Positions 11,363-24,272 of a DNA stretch of 43,674 bases are shown here, piece after piece. The position numbers and the translations under genes are program-made. Origin of the DNA: Octopus sinensis (Eukaryota); NCBI RefSeq assembly GCF_006345805.1, contig NW_021834992.1, positions 1 to 43,674 on the forward strand, read 5' to 3'. The notes beneath the pieces were generated by a model, which worked only from the letters and a program-made list of their open reading frames with translations, was not told the origin of the DNA and did no database searches. Numbering within the stretch: position 1 is the stretch's first letter; every line of letters starts with the position of its first letter.

Positions 11363-11668
11363 TACTGCAACAGCCTCGGTTTCCGGGGCCCAAAGCATTT
11401 TAATATTCTCTCAAAGAGCTTGGGGGATCTACACAAAGTGGATGTAGGTGTTTTCAAATTAAAACTGGACCTCTTCCTGTTGAGAGTCCCAGACGAACCT
11501 ACCTCGCAGCAAGAGGTGCAAACGAGGGTAGCGCCTTCAAACTCCCATATTCACCAAATGCCACATATTAGGGGAGCCTCTCAATAATAACAGTGTAGCA
11601 AAACGGCGGTGCCCCAGCATGGCCACAATTCTGAGCTGAAACTAAAACATAAAAAAATACAAAAAAAA
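11363..11668 (+). mobile_element. CR1/L2-group LINE 3' end (ORF2 C-terminus, 3' UTR, A-rich tail)
   Basis: 11363-11587 translates YCNSLGFRGPKHFNILSKSLGDLHKVDVGVFKLKLDLFLLRVPDEPTSQQEVQTRVAPSNSHIHQMPHIRGASQ*, with the GPxLFNxLP..FKxxLDxFLxxVPDxP C-terminal pattern of CR1-group ORF2; homologous to 13341-13550 and 28163-28249. Confidence 0.8.
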
Positions 11669-12065
11669 CCCAAGTTGAGATTCAAAGCTTGCGCGAGAGC
11701 ACGTATATTTGTGAATGTGTTAATAGGTATATATGTGTAGGTGTTATCCTGGAAGTTACATATGTTAGTAGACGTAAAGGAAGTCCATTTTGTGTGTTCA
11801 CTTTTAAAAGATAAGACGAAACTCAAACAAACGGTTTCACATGATTTTCACTGTACATTTCTTCTTTTGTCGTGCGGCTACGAAACTGTTTTCATCTCAG
11901 GATTAACAAACAGCGAATATCTGCGCAGAAACGTAGCTTCACATATTAAAGACACATGTAGTGAAGGTGTATAACAACAAACAACATACTCAATACACAA
12001 ACATATTTGTTTAGCATAAATACAACTGTGAGCAGAACATACACAACCGACATACTACTACATGT

Positions 12066-12137
12066 CTGCATATATATATATACATACATATATATATACA
12101 TATATATATATATTATATAATATATATATATATATAT

Positions 12138-12230
<93 letters not shown>

Positions 12231-12240
12231 ATATATATAT
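12066..12240. repeat. (TA)n microsatellite
   Basis: Direct inspection. Confidence 0.98.
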
Positions 12241-12434
12241 ACACTAATTTGAAAGAAGTCTTTGCTTCATTCACAAACGAACATACGTGCACATGTATGG
12301 AAACACCCATGCGTCCTTACGCAAAGATATGCGCATATACAAACACTAGACACATATGATTACATGCAAAAGCCTTGAGCAAGTTCATCGACAGTTTTAT
12401 TTGTACACACACATCCAAACACACATAGACATAT

Positions 12435-12477
<43 letters not shown>

Positions 12478-12671
12478 TATCTATATATCTATATGTCTGT
12501 CTATATAAATATGTGTGTGTGTTAGTGTGTGTGTATGTGTGTGTCTATATGTATACATACATATATATGTATTACATGCTTAGATGGCCATACAAAATGC
12601 AATGATATAAAATACATATCACACACGGAAATATTGATTTCTCTGCAAAGACAACCATATATTATGCATAC

Positions 12672-12740
<69 letters not shown>

Positions 12741-12925
12741 TAAGTATATGCATACGCTCAAATCCCTTCAAGCTCAAACAAATAAGCATAGGTGTATGAA
12801 CGAATGTGTTTTATTATTCGATGAGAAATGCAAACGAGTGAACTAGTGAGAGTTATATGCAGGGCAACCACTTACCACTTCGATAAGTGCCTTGGCATGA
12901 AGCTCCTTCTAGTTGAAGGACATTA

Positions 12926-13155
12926 TACATACATACATACACACATACATACACACACACATACATACATACATACATGCATACATACATACATACAAAC
13001 ATACATACATACATACATACATGCATACATACATGCATACGTACATACATGCATACATGCATACATACATGCATGCACACACATCTATATATTCATACAT
13101 ATATATATTTGTATATACACACAAATACATATATATACATACATATCTATATATG

Positions 13156-13200
<45 letters not shown>
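12926..13200 (+). repeat. (TACA)n/(TA)n compound microsatellite
   Basis: Direct inspection. Confidence 0.95.
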
Positions 13201-13203
<3 letters not shown>

Positions 13204-13258
13204 AACATGCAGAAATTCATGTGATATGCTATATTATGTGCATATATATATATATATA

Positions 13259-13998
13259 CTTTGATACTTTGATAGGTTTCGGCCATTATTGGTCCAGGCC
13301 ATGTCTAACTTAATAGCACCACCTGGTGAAGTCTTTCAAGTCAGAATTTGGGCACTATGGCCCACTCAAGTAGAGAGTTATTGTTTACAGAGACATATCC
13401 GGGTGTAGGGGGTTTATCCGGGATTTCTTGAAGGAATCTGTCCAAAGACTTCTTGAACCCTATAGGGTCAGTTTCTGTTTTAATGTGTTTTGGTGTAATG
13501 TTAAAGAGAGCGGGGCCAATTGAGGTGAAATAATTGTGCCGTATTGTTGTTATGATGAGAGTGCGATTTTTGTTTTGGGCGGATGGCACGGGGCCCAAGC
13601 CTTGGATGTACCTTGAAGGTGATGCCAACATCATTTGGGCAATGCTGATGGAATATTTTCCACATCATGCAGATGATGTAGCGCTCACGACGACGTTGGA
13701 GAGAATAGAGTTTTAGCTTTTCTAGTCGACCCCAATAGTCGAGGCCTGTCATGCCATCTATCTTTTTTGTGATTGCCCTTTGAGGTGCTTCAACTTTTAT
13801 GATACCTTGTATTGTGTGGGGAGACCACAGTGGACAACAGTATTCAAGGTGGGGTCGGGCAAAAGTGGAGAAGAGAAGGATAATGGTGTGGATATCTCTC
13901 GACTGGAAAGTTCTGAGAATCCAGGAACACATTCTGCGGGCCATGTCAACTTTGGTGTTTATATGAGTGGCCCAGCTTATGTTGTTGTCCACAATTAC
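13259..13998 (-). mobile_element. 5'-truncated CR1-group LINE: reverse-transcriptase C-terminal region, one frameshift, 3' UTR, (TATCAAAG)2 tail
   Basis: ORFs 13501-13992 and 13341-13634 give VIVDNNISW..LFSTFARPHLEYCCPLWSPH..EAPQRAITKKIDGM..YWGRLEKLKLYSLQRRRERY and GPALFNITP..FKKSLDRFLQEIPDKP. RPHLEY..WSP and LYSLQRRR match the CR1 RT thumb consensus; a short tandem-repeat tail is typical of CR1. Confidence 0.92.
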
Positions 13999-14016
13999 AT
14001 ATATATAATATATATA

Positions 14017-14088
<72 letters not shown>

Positions 14089-14183
14089 GTATGTATATAT
14101 ATGCATACATACATGCCTTCATGTATACATACATGCATACATATATGCACGCACACACACATACGCACACACACACACGCGCA

Positions 14184-14217
<34 letters not shown>

Positions 14218-15682
14218 TTACTGGTATGTTGCCAACTTAATGTGGCAATCCCACGAAAGGGAAGAATGCTACTGCTATTTAGCCCTAGGGAAAACCGTTT
14301 CCAGATGTCCATGACACATTTTCTTTGCCCTGTATGTATGTATGTATGTATGTATGTATATGTATGTATGTATGCTGCATAAAGTTCTGTTTCTGTTATT
14401 TATCAAATAAAACATTTTTTCCGTATATACACCGGAAAATATGTCTACACATCTACCCTCATACACAGAAGCGTCTATGTCTATCTGTATGTATATACAT
14501 ATATATATATGTATATATACAAATATGTATATTTCTGATACAGATACGTTTACAGGTGTGTGTGTGTGTGTGTGTGCCTCTGCGTATATATCATTGTTAA
14601 ATTTAATTCAAGTTTTCATGCCAATAGAGAAAGAACCGGTTTCTAACCTAGATCCAAGGCTCCTTCATTGGAATTTCTACATCAACCACAGGATATTTTG
14701 GTATGTATGTGTATTTGTGTGTATGTATGCATATATGTATGTATGTATGTATGCATATGTGCAGATTTGTATGTTTTCTGTATGTATTCTCATGCATATA
14801 ATTGCATATGTATACATGCTCATATATATTGAAATGTTAAACTTCTGGAAAGATTTATATGTTTTTATAGTTCCTGTGATGGACTGGACCTGTAATCTTT
14901 CTCCTTTTTGGTTTTGAGAGCCCTAATTTCTCAAGATTGGCATTTAGGCAGAGTGTTACATATGCCAGTGCCCCAATAATTACAGGTACATACCTGTACG
15001 TACGTACGTATGTATGTATGTATGTATGTATGTATGTATGTATGTATGTATGTATGCATGTATGAATGTATGTGTGTATGTATATATGTATATATGTATG
15101 TATGTACATATGCATATATGTATATATGTATGCATGTATATATGTATATGTGTATTGGTACAGACTCATACATACGTACATACCCACATATCTTTGCACA
15201 TACATAAATGCTAAAGTGTGTACTTGTATGTTTCTATATTTCTAAACGTATATATCAAGGTTGATGCGTATTTGTGCATGTGGCCACACTGTTTCCCTCC
15301 AGTTGCGGAAACGTTGCACGGATATCAATATTTACCTGATTTCTTCTAGTCTACATCGGCCCTGATTGAACACCACTTCATCACTAACCGATGCACGGCT
15401 CGTTTAGGAGAATCCTCTTAGTTGCTTCAGACTCTATCATCCGTCTGATGGAAGCGTGGTGTATTTGCCATTCCGTATTCCAGCCTCGAAGACTTTCATA
15501 GAACGATCATTGTAGCTTATATTCTTCGCACTTTTAAAGCCACAAAGAAAGCAAATTGGCATTAATCTTAAACGATTGTGAATTCATTGCTTTATATGTT
15601 TGTTAATTTCCGACAGAAAAAGATTAGAGCATTTCCAAAATAACCATTCCATCTCTCCCTCTTCCCTTCCCTTCCCTTCCTC

Positions 15683-15684
<2 letters not shown>

Positions 15685-15752
<68 letters not shown>

Positions 15753-15765
15753 AATCTATCTATCT
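15685..15765 (+). repeat. (TCTA)n microsatellite
   Basis: Direct inspection. Confidence 0.97.
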
Positions 15766-15904
15766 TCTTTTTATTCTTTTTATTTTATTCAATTTTGTTT
15801 TTGTTCTTTTCTTCCCTTTTACGATCCCTCTTGATCGAAAACCTACGCCACCCCCCTTTTTTTTCTTTTGTTTTTTGTTCTCTTCATCCCCCAAAAGAAA
15901 AACT

Positions 15905-15960
15905 CTACCTTGTAACTTGTCCCATCTGTGTGCAGCCCTGTGTGGCCAATAAAGAAACTT
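15905..15960 (+). mobile_element. Retroposon 3' tail remnant matching the tail of SINE-A multimers
   Basis: ttgtcccatctgtgtgcagccctgtgtggccaataaagaaac versus ttgtcccctctgtgtttagccccttgtgggtagtaaagaaata. Confidence 0.5.
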
Positions 15961-16084
15961 ATCTATCTATCTATCTCTGTTTCTATCTTGATTTATACGG
16001 CAAATAAGGAAGTGGAGAAGATATAAAATAGACAGTTATCAGTTGGTAAACATTCCAGTATGTCTATTTATTCCAATATATTAA

Positions 16085-16310
16085 AGGAGCACTGCATCCT
16101 TCAAAACTTCCATGCTTCCTGAAATTCGCCAACACTATACCTCATTTCTTTCCTCCATACACACGCAAGCATGTAGCTGATTCATACACTGTTCGCTTTC
16201 CAGACATTTGTACATTACCTCACATTCTTTATACGCACTTTTGACAAGTGGTGCACCTGAGCACTGTATACAGTAATTTCATTATTATTATCATTATTAT
16301 TATTATTATA
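16085..16310 (+). mobile_element. Unclassified retroposon 3' fragment ending in (ATT)n
   Basis: Ends ggtgcacctgagcactgtatacagtaatttcattattatt, a LINE-like 3' end with a triplet tail. Single copy in this window; I recall it as a recurrent octopus repeat, unverified. Confidence 0.4.
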
Positions 16311-16430
16311 AAGCATACAGATTTATTAGTAGTACAGCATATCAAATATAAAGAGTTGGCAATTGCAAGAACAAGGGTGCGGCAGCATATAATCATACAG
16401 GAACAGGTGATTGAATGAGTACTTGAGCAA

Positions 16431-16484
<54 letters not shown>

Positions 16485-16804
16485 GTATATCGTTGCTATG
16501 ATGTAAAAGCGCCGTAAGTCCAAAATGTTGCTTTTTCAGAAAACGGGAAAATAGTTTCACCATTCTATAGCAAAACCGTTGTACTACACTTCGACAGTTT
16601 TTGATATCTTGGCATCTGAAGCAGCTGGAGGTACGATAGTTTAACCACACGGACCAGCAATTGCAAGCAAAAACAAATATTGAAAAAATCGCATTTGGCC
16701 AAATTTGGACATACGATAGTTTAACATAATAGCAACGAGATACATACGCATATATATATATATACGTATGTGTATGCGCCCGCGTGTGAGTTTATATATG
16801 CATG

Positions 16805-17015
16805 TATCTATGTGTGTGTGTTTGTCCCACATCACCGCTTAACAACCGGTGATGGTGTATTTACGTCACCATAACTTAACAGTTCGGCATAAGCGACTGA
16901 TAGTATAAGTATCAATGTAAAAGATATAAGAACTGGGTTCGATTTGTTCGACTAAAAATTTTCGAGGTGGCGCTCCAGCATGGCCGCAATCTAATGACTA
17001 AAAATAAAAGAAAAA
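16805..17015 (+). mobile_element. CORE-type SINE, 3' half
   Basis: tgtttgtccc..caaccggtgatggtgtatttacgtc..gttcgactaa..ggtggcgctccagcatggccgcaatctaatgactaaaa. Confidence 0.85.
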
Positions 17016-17126
17016 CAACAGCTCTACAAACAAGAAGTACAATCCTTATTTAGTTCAGAGCTCCAATGTTAGCGATGTCTAAAGAGACACAATAATTTCG
17101 AAACACAGGTGTCATGAGCACTACAC

Positions 17127-17318
17127 AGACATGCGTACCCTTAACGTTGTTCTCAAGGGGATTCAGCGTGGCACGGAATGTGACAAGGCTGGCACCCTTT
17201 TGAATTACTGGTACAAGTCTTTTTATACCAGCTGAGTGGACTGGCGCAACGTGAAATAAAGCGCCTTACACAAGGACACATCCTACTGCCAGGAATCGAA
17301 CCGATATCACAAAGCTTC
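17127..17318 (-). mobile_element. SINE family C fragment
   Basis: Reverse complement matches 30090-30260 (tcgattcc..gtgtccttg..tttatttcacgttgcgccagtccactcagctg..ccagccttgtcaca). Confidence 0.8.
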
Positions 17319-17395
17319 AGTCAACAAAACAGCCGACCCGTGATGCTAACATGCAAATGGCTGAGTACTCCACCTCCACGTATACTCTTAATGTA

Positions 17396-17820
17396 TTTTT
17401 CTTTTTCTTTACTACCCACAAGGGGCTAAACATAGAGAGGACAAATAAGGACAGACAAAGGGATTAAGTCAATTACATCGACCCCAGTGCGTAACTGGTA
17501 CTTATTTTATCGACCCCGAAAGGATGAAATGCAAAGTCGACCTCGGCGGAATTTGAACTCAGAACGTAACGGCAGACGAAATACCTATTTCTTTACTACC
17601 CACAAGGGGCTAAACACAGAAAGGACAAACAAGGACAGACAAACGCATTAAGTCGATTACATCGACTCCAGTGCGAATTGGTACTTTATTTATCGACCCC
17701 GAAAGGATGAAATCCAAAGTCGACCTCGGCAGAATTTGAGCTCAGAACGTAACGACAGACGAAATACCGCTAAGCATTTCGCCCGGCGTGCTAACGTTTC
17801 TGCCAGCTCGCCGCTTTGTG
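17396..17820 (-). mobile_element. SINE-A dimer (head + two 184 bp units) inserted into a family C SINE with a ~13 bp TSD
   Basis: Head revcomp ends at 17814. Flanks tactcttaatgta (17383-17395) and tacacttaatgta (17821-17833) are 12/13 identical; the host C element continues at 17821-18032. Confidence 0.85.
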
Positions 17821-18032
17821 TACACTTAATGTAGTTCTCAAGGAGATTCAGAGTGGCACAGAGTGTGACAAGGCCTCCCCCTTTTGAATTACTGGTACAA
17901 CTCATTGTCGCCAAATGAGTGGACTGACACAACGTGAAATAAAGCGCTTTGCACAAGGACACAACCTAATGCCAGGAATCGAACTCACGTTCTTACGACC
18001 GTAAGCCGAATATCTTAACCACTTCTCCACGC
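17821..18032 (-). mobile_element. SINE family C, 5' portion (host of the A dimer)
   Basis: Head revcomp ggaagcgtggagaagtggttaag..gtgagttcgattcc; body as in 30039-30352. Confidence 0.8.
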
Positions 18033-18433
18033 TTCCAAAGCGCCGGCCAGAGGCCATCGTGTGTTTATGTATGTGCGTGTATATTTGTGTGTGTGTTTGT
18101 GTATGCGTATACTAATCAATAAGCTAAATGTATAGAATTCGAGCCAGTATTGAATTTTAATTAATTCTTGTCTCACTCAGAAAGTTTCCCTTTGATTGTT
18201 AATTCCATTATATATTTGTATAATTCTGTCTTTCAATTATGGACAAACATATATTATTTGATTGGTTTAAATATTAACAATTTGCTCTTCATTGTTTAAG
18301 ACACTGGCTGCAACAGAACTTATTTCAGTTTCATCTGTATTTACATGTATATACATATATATAAATAGACACATACATACATACACACACACAAGTAAGT
18401 ACATATTTATATATATAATATATATATATATAT

Positions 18434-18475
<42 letters not shown>

Positions 18476-18559
18476 AACACACACACACACATGTATATTT
18501 ATATAGATAGAAAGAGAGAGATATTTATATTCATACGAGAGTGAGAGGGGAGATAAGTA

Positions 18560-18658
18560 GACAGAAAGAAAGAAAGAAAGAAAGACAGACAGATAGATAG
18601 ATAAATAGACAGACAGACAGACAGGCAGATAGATAGATAAATAAACAGACAGAGAGAC

Positions 18659-18689
<31 letters not shown>

Positions 18690-18694
18690 TAGAC

Positions 18695-18774
<80 letters not shown>

Positions 18775-18775
18775 T
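18560..18775 (+). repeat. (GAAA)/(GACA)/(GATA)n compound microsatellite
   Basis: Direct inspection. Confidence 0.97.
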
Positions 18776-19094
18776 GCACTCTTAGTCTAATTTTCATATA
18801 CAAAAATGTTCTGCTGTTCCATAACCTCTCGAAACACTAACAGTCTGAGCAGATTAAAGGAGTGGAATATGCACGTGCGACGTGCTGCGCTGCGCTGCGG
18901 GGGTGGGGTTGAATGGTGCAGAGTGTTACAGTAAGCTGTGTGTGTCCGCGAACGTAGGTGCGTGTCTAGAGTCATTAACGGACGGTCTGTCTATAGGTAT
19001 AAACAGGTATGTGAATACACCAGTACATACACATACTGGCATAACTTTGTCATCTCTCTTTTTACACACACACCACACACACACACACACACAC

Positions 19095-19165
<71 letters not shown>

Positions 19166-20381
19166 CGAGAGAGAGAGATAGATAGATACATAGATAGATA
19201 GACAAACAGAGAAGACAGACAGACACACAGATAGATAGATAGATGATAGATAGATAGATAGATAGATAGATATAGTTATAGATATATATACACACATATA
19301 TATGTAAATGTTTATATATATATACATATATATATGCTTATATATATATACATATATATATATGTATATATATACATATATAAGTGTATATATATATATA
19401 CATATGCATATATAAGTGTGTGTGTGTGTACATATATATCTGTATATATATGTGGTTGTTAGTATGTGTGTTTGTGTTTGTCTATAAACATCCATTTCTC
19501 AGTGGGAGTTTGCGTTTACACGGTGCCTCTAGGAAACCATTTCCGCTCTATTATATCTACCTCCACTTGGTCGATCATCTGTTTCATATCAATACGTATG
19601 TGATTCTTCACTGATTAGGCCTACGTCAGTGAGATTGAATTTCAGGCTGTTCCTGTATGTAGGTAAATGTCTACGAGAGTGTGTGCTCATATGTGTGTGT
19701 GTGTGTGTGTGTGTAGCTGTCTGTTTGTCTGTCTCTGTGTGTATGTGTCTGCGTGTGTGTGTGTTGTGAATTCGTGCATCCATCATGTTTGAACGTCATA
19801 GGATGCAATATAGGCGTATACAAATATGTGTCGTGACAGACATCGACCGGAATTCCTTTGTGTTCAGCCTCCTCTCAAGATCAATAATTTAATTGTTTGT
19901 GGTGCACAATGTACTTATAAACACCCGGCTTCTATGGTTTGTGGCTGATTTATCATCTAATTCACGTCGATAATGCCCCTCAGAGACATATTTTTACTTC
20001 ACCAAATTTCTCCTCCTCTCCTCAAAATTGAACATCGTTTCAATTTATCCAAAAACAAATCGAGGTATTGGAAGTTATTCTTTGATGGTACAAAAGAAAG
20101 GAGATTTAATCATCGATCATGCTAAGGTATTGATACGCTTGTCTTTCTCAACTGGACTTATTTCAAGTCGATAATGCTATTAAGGCTTTTGAAAATGGTC
20201 ATGACCTTTAATCTTCAATTACCCTTCATCTAAAATATAAGCCATTCGGACTGTGACAAGAAACCTGTATTAGAATGTTTGTGACAGTCAACTGACGATA
20301 GAGGTCAGCATCCCGAATCGTTTTTGTTGTTGTTGTGGGTTTTTTTGTTTTTTGGGGGGTTTTTTTGTTACTGTTTTAATT

Positions 20382-20945
20382 GCGGGTGGGGAGCTGGCAG
20401 AAACGTTAGCACGCCGGGCGAAATGCTTAGAGGTATTTCGTCTGTCGTTACGTTCTGAGTTCAAATTTCGCCGAGGTCGACTTTGCCGTTCATCCTTTCA
20501 GGGTCGATAAAATAAGTACCAGTTTCGCACTGGCGCCGATATAATCGACTTAATGCGTTTGTCTGTCCTTGTTTGTCCCCTCTGTGTTTAGCCCCTTGTG
20601 GGTAGTAAAGAAATAGGTATTTCGTCTGCCGTTACGTTCTGAGTTCAAATTCCGCCGAGGTCGACTTTGCCGTTCATCCTTTCAGGGTCGATAAAATAAG
20701 TACCAGTTACGCACTGGGGTCAATATAATCGACTTAATCCGTTTGTCTGTCCTTGTTTGTCCTCTCTGTGTTTAGCCCCTTGTGGGTAGTAAAGAAATAG
20801 GTATTTCTTTCGGTTTTTGACGGTGAGAGTTCAAATTCCGCTGAGGTCTATTCAGCATTTCATCCTTTCGTGGTCGATGTAATCAACTATTTCCTCACCA
20901 CCACCATAAACCTTTCATGACCTCTGCCTATAAGAGAAAGGATTA
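20382..20945 (+). mobile_element. SINE-A multimer: head, two full 184 bp units and a degenerate third
   Basis: gtatttc unit starts at 20433, 20617 and 20801. Confidence 0.92.
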
Positions 20946-20961
20946 TTATCTGTTTACTGGA

Positions 20962-21168
20962 GGCGGTGACCTGGCAGAAACGTTAGCACGCCAGGCGAAA
21001 TGCTTAGCGGCATTTCGTCTTTCTTCATGTTCTGAGTTCAAATTCCGTCGAGATTAACTTGGCCTTTCATCCTTACAGGGTCGACAAAATGGGTACCGGT
21101 TGAACACAGAGGTTGGATGTAATCGACCTACCCCGAACTTGCTGGTTTTGTGCCAAAATTTTAAATTA

Positions 21169-21229
<61 letters not shown>

Positions 21230-21230
21230 C
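20962..21230 (+). mobile_element. SINE family A monomer with (ATT)n tail
   Basis: ggcggtgacctggcagaaacgttagcacgcc head; gttctgagttcaaattcc; tail runs into (TTA)n at 21167-21230. Confidence 0.85.
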
Positions 21231-21529
21231 ATACTTTTTTAAGCTGCAAACTGAAAGAATTGTTGGAGCGTGGAGGGGGGGATTTTTTGCCGTATTTCTT
21301 CCTGTTTTTCCATTCTTTGCTTAAATCAACCTGGGCTCGATTTTGCCTTTCATCCTTTCGAGGTCGATAAAACTAACTACCAATCAAATACTTAAGTCGC
21401 TAATATCGATTAACCCATCTCCTTAAATCTATTGGACTCGTGCCAAAATCGGAAACATGTTTTCTTTTTCTTTCAGTGCATTTTTTTTTTAATTGCTTAC
21501 TTTGATTGCGCGCTGAACGCTAATGTTTG

Positions 21530-22480
21530 TGCTTGGATCGTTTGCAGCGCCCAGTAACGGGTCTCCCTCTGGTTTCCATCTTCAGGTTATCTTCTTCCGC
21601 AGATCTTTTATATTCAAATCATTTCGCTGTTTTCCTTCAGCCTCACTTCATTGTCTGTCGCAAATGATGCTAAATTTCCTGTAAAGTCCTTGACAATAAC
21701 ATCCGGTTGATTAGACTCGATCAGCCTGTCTAATTAGCTTGGTATATCTCAGATTTCGGTCTCTTTCTCACCCTTCTTGGTGCTTCATTATTGGTATCTG
21801 ATAATGTTTGTCTAATTTCCACTTTATGAAAGTTCATGTCTTCAGAGGAATTCTTTCTGAGCAGCTGGAGCCGAGTTGGTTAATTGTTTCTTTCCCACCA
21901 CAACCTATTCTGCTGTCATATAATGCATTCGCCATTACACACGCAGGTGAGAAAGTTTTGCTCACCTGTCATAATCAAGTATCAACCGGGGCTCAGCTTT
22001 CAGACCATTTCGGCTCAGCCAGCAGCTTTGTCGTTATTATTTTTTTTTGCCTATTTCCACCTTTTATTTTACTTATTATTTTTATTTTTGAGGTATAAAC
22101 AATATTTTGTTTAGTTGTTTCTTCCTTCAGAGTTTATGTAGGTACTTACCTTCCGTTTTATTCAAAACTGTCATTTCAGCTCCTGTTTTATATTGGTTTT
22201 TACAATGTGTTTTTAGTTTCAGATTGGTCTTTCTTAGTTAATTTTATAGTCCTTCAACGAATATTTTGAAATGCTTTGTAGATAATGAAGTTCTCTACCA
22301 TTTGTTATTCAACATAAATTTTCTATATCTGATGTAACTTCGAAGTATTCTAAATGGAGTTTTTTTTCTTTGTCTTTATCTTGATAATTCAACCTGTGAC
22401 CACAACTTTATAATTTATTCCATTTTTTTTTCTAAATCTAGATCAGTGTTTCAGGTATTAATGCAGAATAATCGTTAATA
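21530..22480 (-). mobile_element. Heavily degraded RLE-type non-LTR retrotransposon (R4/Dong-like) ORF remnant
   Basis: Minus-strand fragments occur in the expected order: WLSRNGLKAE (cf. WLxxxGLKAETEG), CGGKETINQLGSSC (decayed CCHC knuckle), AQKEF..RHE, RLIESNQPDVIVKD (cf. IxxxRPDIVVxD, the PD motif of the restriction-like endonuclease), ATDNEVRLKE, KDLRKKIT*RWK..LGA. Many stops and frameshifts. The core 21530-22025 is more secure than 22025-22480. Confidence 0.7.
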
Positions 22481-22504
22481 TCCTTTCATAAACTTGCAGT
22501 CATC

Positions 22505-22790
22505 CAAGATCAAGTCAGGTCAGGTCAAGTATGGGGACATATGGCGTTGAAGTGCATCACAGCAGCCTCCATTTGTCGGTATTGCTTGGGTTGTCAGTTC
22601 CCATCACCGCAAGATACCTGCTCATCCGCTGTAACTATTTACCACGTAGCCAACCATCACGAGCTGTCATCCCAGCCGGATCCACAAAGAAGAGAACACA
22701 ATGTGCAGGATCCAACTCGGAAAAGCGAACAACATGACTAACCAGTCTGAGTTGACGTTGCCGAATCATACAATTAACACATGCTTAGAA
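22505..22790 (-). mobile_element. RTE-clade LINE 3' end with (TGACC)n tail
   Basis: Minus strand reads NCMIRQRQLRLVSHVVRFSELDPAHCVLFFVDP (cf. RERQLRxxGHVARFxxxDPAHRIL); ends cccatacttgacctgacctgacttg. Confidence 0.8.
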
Positions 22791-22831
22791 GAACCAAACA
22801 ATAAAGCCACATTAGCAAATTTGTTATAATA

Positions 22832-23030
22832 AGGCAGCGAGCTGGCAGAATCGTTAGCACGCCGGCCGAAATGCTTTAAGTTCTGAGTTCAAATCCCGCC
22901 CAGGTCGACTTTACCTTTCATCTTTTCGAGGTCGATAAATTAAGTACCAGTTGCGTAGTGGGATCGATCTAATCGACTGCTCCCCCTGCCCCAAAGATTT
23001 CAGGCCTTGTGCCTAGAGTAAAAAAGAATA
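22832..23030 (+). mobile_element. SINE family A monomer
   Basis: aggcagcgagctggcagaatcgttagcacgccggccgaaatgc..gagttcaaatcccgcccaggtcgactttacctttcatc. Confidence 0.9.
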
Positions 23031-23134
23031 AATTTGGTAATAATAAATAGCAAATAACATTTGTGGAAAGTTAATTAAAATATCAAGGGGGAAATTTAAC
23101 GAAAACCGTGACTAACAATGTTTAACAAGATACA

Positions 23135-23440
23135 ACTGGATCTCCGTCGGGTACGACGACGAGTGATACAGTTGATCCGATCAATGGAACAACAGCTTGC
23201 TCATGAAATTAACCTAAAGTGGTTGAGTACTTCATAGACATGTGTACACTTAGCGCAGTTGTCAGAGAGATTCAGCGTGACACAGAGTGTGACAAGGCTG
23301 ACCCCACCCTCTTTAAATTACAGGTAATACTTATTTTTGCCGGCTGAGTGGACTGAAGCAATGTGAAATAGTGTCTTGCTCAAGGACAGAACGTGCCGTC
23401 GAGAATGGTCAAACCACTGAGTCACGCACCCTCGCGCTCA
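23135..23440 (-). mobile_element. SINE family C
   Basis: Reverse complement collinear with 30039-30352. Confidence 0.85.
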
Positions 23441-23461
23441 GTAAGATACTCAAGCAACGCA

Positions 23462-23859
23462 CATCTATTACAAACTACTACTACTACCACTACTACTACT
23501 ATTACTATTATTACTACTACTACTGCAATTGCTGCCGCTGTTACTACTACTACTACTGCTGCTGCTGCTACTACTACAACTACAACAAATACTACTACTA
23601 CTACTACTACTGCTGCTACTATACTACTACTACTACTGCTGCTGCTATACTACTACGACTACTACTACTACTATAACTACTGCTGCTGTTTCTGCTATTA
23701 CTGCTACTACTGCTGCTGCTGCTACTACTACTGCTGCAGTTACTGCTACTACTTCTGCTACTACTACTACTATTATTATTATTATTACTACTGCTGCTGC
23801 TACTGTGGCTGCTGCAACTACTACTATTGCTATACTACTACTACTACTACTATTGCTGT

Positions 23860-23912
<53 letters not shown>
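23462..23912 (+). repeat. Compound (CTA)n/(CTG)n microsatellite, ~450 bp
   Basis: Direct inspection. Confidence 0.97.
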
Positions 23913-24229
23913 GGGTAAAACAATAATATGCTTTAATCGAAATAATTCCACATCCTCTCCTCTTCCAAAAATTCAATATGGATGCACAATAAAGATATTC
24001 GAAGAATGCCTTCTGCAAATTCTCCCCCTTTTCTATGTCATAGATCGGCCGCAACCGAAGTCCCGCAAGTCCGACCCCCCTCCCCCCTTTCTTCCATCCA
24101 ACTCCCTTATCGACACTCAGATGAAGCTCGACCCTGCTCAGCCCCCCCCCCCCACCACACGCATTGCAGCTGGTCCCTTTCCTCTTTCCCCATTCTCATC
24201 ACCACCGCCACCATCACCATCACCATCAC

Positions 24230-24272
<43 letters not shown>

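Noticed and set aside
14214-14310. Microsatellite-bounded module with a gtgg-caat-cccac-GAAA hairpin
   Set aside because: The upstream core does not fit CUGANGA; probably a repeat fragment that I cannot classify.
16632-16726. 14 bp direct repeat tacgatagtttaac about 80 bp apart
   Set aside because: It could be a TSD, but the enclosed sequence has no recognisable element features.
20433-20985. Regularly spaced repeats resembling a CRISPR array or satellite (also at 37623-38175)
   Set aside because: The units repeat along their full 184 bp with no unique spacers, there are no cas genes, and the context is eukaryotic SINE sequence.
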